Of a stretch of 64,000 nt of DNA, positions 63,701-64,000 are shown one piece after another. Below the pieces are notes generated by a model. It saw nothing but the letters and a program-made list of their open reading frames with translations, was not told the origin of the DNA and did not search any database. A program made the position numbers and the translations under genes. Each line of letters begins with the position of its first letter. Positions within the stretch are counted from its first letter, which is position 1. The stretch comes from Leptospirillia bacterium (GTDB taxonomy: Bacteria > Nitrospirota > JACRHL01), in contig JBHHVE010000001.1 of NCBI GenBank assembly GCA_046754085.1, positions 71,821 to 135,820 on the forward strand, read 5' to 3'.

Positions 63701-64000
63701 GACCGTCACCGTCGACTACGCCGTGAATGTGGCCAGCACCGCCACCGGCGGCGGCGTGGACTACACCCTGGCGGCGGGCACCCTGACCTTTAACCCGGGG
63801 CAGACCACCCAGAACGTCGTCATCGCCGTGGTCAACGACACCGCCGACGAGGGTGACGAAACCGTGGTCGTGGACCTGTCGAACGCGGGCAATGCCACCC
63901 TCGACCTGGCGGCGGATCAGCACATCCACACCATCACCGATGACGATACCGCCTCGCTCCTGATCGGGGACGCCACCGTCACCGAGGCGGTGGGCGGCGT
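51762..64000 (+). CDS. Giant secreted/surface Calx-beta repeat protein (adhesin-like), 5' partial: more than 4079 codons in the window with no stop before the window end
   Basis: ATG at 51762 with an in-frame TGA immediately upstream. Signal peptide (RRLGRAFALLLLFCGGVFAGWQA), a ~600-aa N-terminal repeat domain, an FN3-like domain (DLSWSPSASAGVTQQRIYRE...TTYYYVVRAFDG), then at least 29 tandem Calx-beta domains of ~115 aa. All listed minus-strand ORFs in 51705-64000 are antisense shadows. The open reading frame was followed by manual translation. Confidence 0.85.
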   Translation, partial: MAQAQNEQHSHGSARRLGRAFALLLLFCGGVFAGWQAIQEGTRAADPVTVQGPSYQARFDGSGLSMHMERGRKYRLDIGTERVTTGEYTLFDAKLGGALWEMEPHLTFDSLTDVTSFSRKSSSAARYRLAKGLSQRFIARDFGVEQIWEVEKIPSGGDLTITNRIVTPLTARTEAGGVVRFYTADGHYVTSYGQATITDRAGRRLLVDSKLAAVDADAADASGGSGEPGDNHYLIALNLPEEWLATAEYPVIIDPLIGVEIPVASIPGTLEHDPEIAVGGTEHLVVFTEQVGALGAVHGIRLTINGAVQLPEITISGAGDAHSPDVAFDGTDWFVTWVEDDDIMGAFVDATGVVSGTVALTADGATLIDAVPKVAYNVTNNQFLVVWERDINISAAFVNGTTGLPGAVFNISATTATETNPSLSFIPQKGQGNDTVDYFMVGWVADNNVYATRVDGTGTVDPVALTIMDGGITGATLATSVAVGSDPTDWAANFIIIWTDDRNAAGDEDVWAVRVTKEATLMDVTDISVSAAPGSETEVDALLVGGSTYFITWTHRARASQPDIFASRLLFGSGLVMDPGGIEVAITGSAQTQPAISWDGTNYMVVWSDDRDTGFSDVYAQRIPNVFPEAPTALVAADTPGDLGGSVDLSWSPSASAGVTQQRIYRETAADGQFTNLIQTITGNATNTYTDTDPALVDDTTYYYVVRAFDGTYESGDSLMASAAPHDNITVNAFFSSISQAVSEGGPPGTTNATARVQLTNLSGTDVTVPFTVDVLSTATLGTDYTISPASPLTITAGQAFADITVTLTGDTDFEPDETVVINLGTPTGAGLGTPTSHTVNITNDDIQPSVTFALGAQNSNEGLAATVPVTLNLSALSAWDVTVPYTIGAASTASGAGVDYSLAPAGQVVISAGQISADLSVTVVNDLLHETASETVIVDMDTVGLVNATAGATVQHTLNIVDDDTEPVVTFALGASSISEGAGSFNIQVNLGAASGLDTDIPFTIDGAGTALGAGVDYTMLTASPLTIPAGSTSGQIQVQLTGDLLDEYNETLILNMGVPVNAVTDGTSITQHTFTINDDDVTPSVAFTAASQSKAENGAMSLTVQLSAVAGRDVTVPFNVDAISTATGGGTDYSIPTVSPLVIPAGSTIGGITIDIALDSLDENDETVVVNMDTGGLINALPGAITQHTATILDDDVAPTVTGLLDVASILEDTVSGSVTLTLSLNTASGRNVSLPFTLSGTALEGSDYTATASPVSITAGTLSTSVVITLIADALYEGDETVTLTMGAPGNATLGDSGIYTATITDDDLAPTVDFQLPVSQSGAENTVGSMTATVTLSTVSGKDTTVNYSVGGTASNGSDFTISPASPITIPAGVTTRDITITVLDDTIDEPDQTVVLNIGSLVNGTPGTNLTHTATIVDNDAAPTVSFVPASQTSLGLESGAMNLLVQLSQVSEKVVTVPFTVDAASTATLTDDYTLSLASPLTIPAGDPSVTQTINIVGDVLDELNETVILNMDTVGLVNAAPGAVVVHTATIDDNDNPPTVSFTPASYLTDEALAATVVVTAQLSIASGLEVQVPYAVSILSTATEGPDYTLSPASPLIIPAGQTTATLSVSVLDDLLYEGISEAVIIDMVTGGLVNAAPGATTQHTVTINDNDPDPVVTFNNAISSFSEGVPGGIVDIRVDLDTVSGRDTEVPFSIDAASTASGPDYTVLTASPLIIAEGSAFGLIQVQLSGDALDEYDETLIVNMGVPVNAVTDGTSITQHTLTIQDDDATPTVTFPTVPASLSQSETGTMTVTARLSDPSGRDVTVPFTVDAVSTATGGGVDYSISASPLTIPAGSTNASISINIALDALDENDETVVLNMDTVGLVNAVPGTVTQYTTTILDDDALPAVTFRDVALASLGESGTIDIWVDIAPVSGRNVTVPFTVDAASTAIGGGTDYSILPASPLTIPAGSTGELITLTIAGDLLYEGDETVILNMGAPVNADSTGQTTVHTATLTDDDAVPTVDFQSATQSGAENTVGTMSATVVLSAVSGLPTTVNFSVGGTASNGPDYTVNPAAALVIPAGSSSGNIVITVLDDTVDEADQTVVLSIDSLVNGALGASLTHTATILDNDAAPTVSWNLLNQTSTQELGTMNLKATLSAVSELDITVPYSLNPASTATLTTDFAISPASPLTIAAGSPDATITITIATDILDEDDESVIVTMETAGLINATAGAIAEHTAFIKDDDNTPVITFTSAGASGAEELVGAFTVTAQIDAVSGRDVIVPFDLLASTATGGGTDYSLSNASPLVISQGATIASTTITIVDDLLDEADETVVVNMDTVGLTNALTNGGSITDYTLTILDNDATPTVTFTTGSQSTSEPLAQTVSITAQLSALAGRDVTVPYTLDALSTATSGVDYSLTPVSPLVIPEGQLSASLSLTVSDDLLHESTGETAIINMDTAGLVNATAGATVQHTVTITDDDPAPTVTFGTATSSALEGVGTTNIQVNLNAASGMVTEIPFTIDAASTALGAGEDYTVLTVSPLTIPKGALSASISVQINDDLLDELGETVIANMGVPLYAVTDGGSITQHTLTITDNDATPTVAFSKASEQSLNETGSVTVDVTLSAVSGLPVTVPYTVNGLSTAIDPDDYTITPVSPVSIPAGNPSATTTVNIVPDILSEENETVILDMGTPTNAGQGGVVQFTGTITDDDNVPSASFTTTTGSTPEVSGNTLTATVQLSKTAVGNVTIPYSLTGTAFDTVDYTASPLNQLVIPGGQLTGDIVVTVVGDVLDEPDETVVITLGAAIGASVTLPNTYTGTITDNDAAPTVGFDLATSSGDESLTPASFAVSLSAVSGRTVTADYAVGAGGTALGSGIDYTLAAGTLTFTPGQLTQYVDVDIVDDLIDEADETVVVDLTTATNGTVDGLAASHTYTILDNDVSTISIDDVAVTETAGGVNAVFTVSLSTPAAAIVTVDWATVDGTATVADLDYSNAFGTVTFNPGVTSQSVIVPILDDILDEDAETFTVALSGAVNAAIFDASGIGTINDDDALPVVGFDLTAGSAAESVATVNVAVSLNLASGRTVSVDYSVNGGSTATGGGTDYTLAAGTVTFLPGETTKNIAITVHEDVIDEANETLILDLSGELNAALSVTNRQYTQTITDNDTATIAITDVGVTEVPGGVNAVFDVTLSTPSAVTVTVNWATVDGTATVVGADYTGGSGVLTFLAGETAKTVSVAVLDDALDEDAETFTVVLSGASGATILDDTGIGTITDDDPIPTIGFNLTASSGAETLTPASLAVSLSAPSGRSVTVDYAVNAASTAGRLGEDYTLADGTLTFGPGITTRTIDIDIVDDLLDEGNETVVVDLSNGVNATVDIPTQTHTYTIIDDDAAAISINDVAVTEAVGGVNAVFNVTLSAPSASSVTVNWATADGTALAGVDYTAGSGTLTFLSGETLKTVTVAVSDDILDEDTESFTVGLSLPVGATIADATGLATVADDDALPTVGFGVTTGSSLESVLTVNTAVFLSTASGRTVTVDYAVNAASTATGAGTDYTLAAGTLTFLPGETSQNIVTTVVDDVIDEANETIIIDLSGEVNAALSVSNRQYTHTITDDDTATLSIDDVAVTEAVGGVNTVFTVALSTVSASTVTVNWATANGTATAGADYASASGSLTFTPGQTSQTVTVVTLDDALDEDPETFDVNLSLASGAGILDGTGVATITDDDALPTVAFNLIASSSDEAVPTVTLDVTLSPASGRQVTTDFAVNAASTATGGGVDYTLTAGTLTFAAGEVAKTITVTVVNDSLVEGNETIVADLTGATNASVSGTNGSHTLTIVDNDSASLTIGNATVTEGPAAVASFTVTMSAVSTGAVTVDYTTVDGTATTAAGDYTAASGTLTFAPGETTKVIDVTVADDTLDENAESFTVVLSNVAGATLLGNTGLGTINDNDAAPTVGFALTADSTVENVTPANLAVNLSAPSGLTVTVDYAVNVASTATGGGVDYTLAAGTLTFNPGQTTQNVVIAVVNDTADEGDETVVVDLSNAGNATLDLAADQHIHTITDDDTASLLIGDATVTEAVGG
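53945..64000 (+). repeat. Tandem ~345-bp coding repeats (Calx-beta domains), at least 29 copies; from ~60225 they are organised as alternating A/B two-domain super-units (~690 bp)
   Basis: Repeat boundaries (DDD/DND..P.V.F) recur every 335-365 bp from ~54290 to ~63945. Units after 60200 alternate between an ...LP-VGF... type and an ...ISIDDVAVTE...GGVNAVF...VNWATVDGTA type, with ~80% nucleotide identity between cognate units. Confidence 0.85.

Noticed and set aside
51705-63929. Series of long minus-strand ORFs (51705-54035, 54132-55331, 55974-57068, 57534-58454, 58866-61898, 62331-63929)
   Set aside because: All are G/R/H/V-rich antisense shadows of the single giant Calx-beta gene. The + strand frame from 51762 is open across the whole region and carries coherent domain repeats.
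53945-64000. Regular ~345-bp repeats considered as a possible CRISPR or satellite array
   Set aside because: The units are ~345 bp, in-frame, protein-coding Calx-beta domains with third-position variation. They lack the short direct repeats separated by unique spacers that define CRISPR.
1-64000. Search for tRNA/rRNA genes, transposases, integrases, inverted terminal repeats, prophage or defence-system hallmarks
   Set aside because: No cloverleaf-compatible ~75-nt segments with conserved T-loop (GTTC) or anticodon context were seen in intergenic regions. No ORF resembles a DDE transposase, tyrosine or serine recombinase, restriction-modification enzyme, Cas protein or toxin-antitoxin pair. 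GC content is uniform except for the 51393-51761 leader, so no mobile element is called.

Overview
This is a gene-dense, roughly 65% GC window with no rRNA, tRNA, CRISPR array or obvious transposase/integrase; the gene content looks proteobacterial (DUF480/YceH, YnfA, SmpB, DksA/TraR, rplM-rpsI, argCJ). From left to right it contains six blocks. (1) A translationally coupled minus-strand polysaccharide (O-antigen/EPS-type) operon at 1-11445: Wzz-like co-polymerase, Wzi-like outer-membrane barrel, Wzx-like flippase, NodU-type carbamoyltransferase, two methyltransferases (DUF268 and FkbM), a CgeB-like glycosyltransferase, an AsnB-type amidotransferase and an SGNH hydrolase (partial). (2) A respiratory module at 11712-16587: YceH, a DksA/TraR zinc-finger protein, an octaheme HAO/ONR-like cytochrome c, an NrfH-type tetraheme quinol dehydrogenase, a small two-TM ORF and a second paralogous octaheme cytochrome, closed by a bidirectional terminator and a convergent SulP transporter. 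(3) A GH15-like hydrolase, a GT4 glycosyltransferase and an unusual alkaline-phosphatase-like/EEP two-domain phosphoesterase. (4) Housekeeping genes: RadC, an SDR epimerase, YnfA, SmpB, DUF721, a standalone ClpB-D2-like AAA+ protein, a methyltransferase, an M20 peptidase, a fused MFS/spermidine-synthase protein, argJ-argC, rpsI-rplM. (5) A molybdenum-cofactor-associated cluster (moaC, an ABC-2 exporter whose ATPase carries a repeat-bearing acidic tail, a MoaD-MoaE fusion, FmdE-like, a histidine phosphatase and a His-rich small protein), followed by an O-methyltransferase and a LolA-like/DUF1302/MMPL export cluster with a putative OMP. (6) From 51762 to the window end, the 5' 12.2 kb of a giant secreted protein: signal peptide, a propeller-like repeat domain, an FN3 domain and at least 29 tandem Calx-beta domains with higher-order repeat structure. 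The duplicated octaheme cytochrome/NrfH module and the giant Calx-beta protein are the most unusual elements. Several very long listed ORFs are antisense shadows of real genes in high-GC DNA and were rejected. All protein calls rest on motif and family recognition by eye from the translations; no database search was run.
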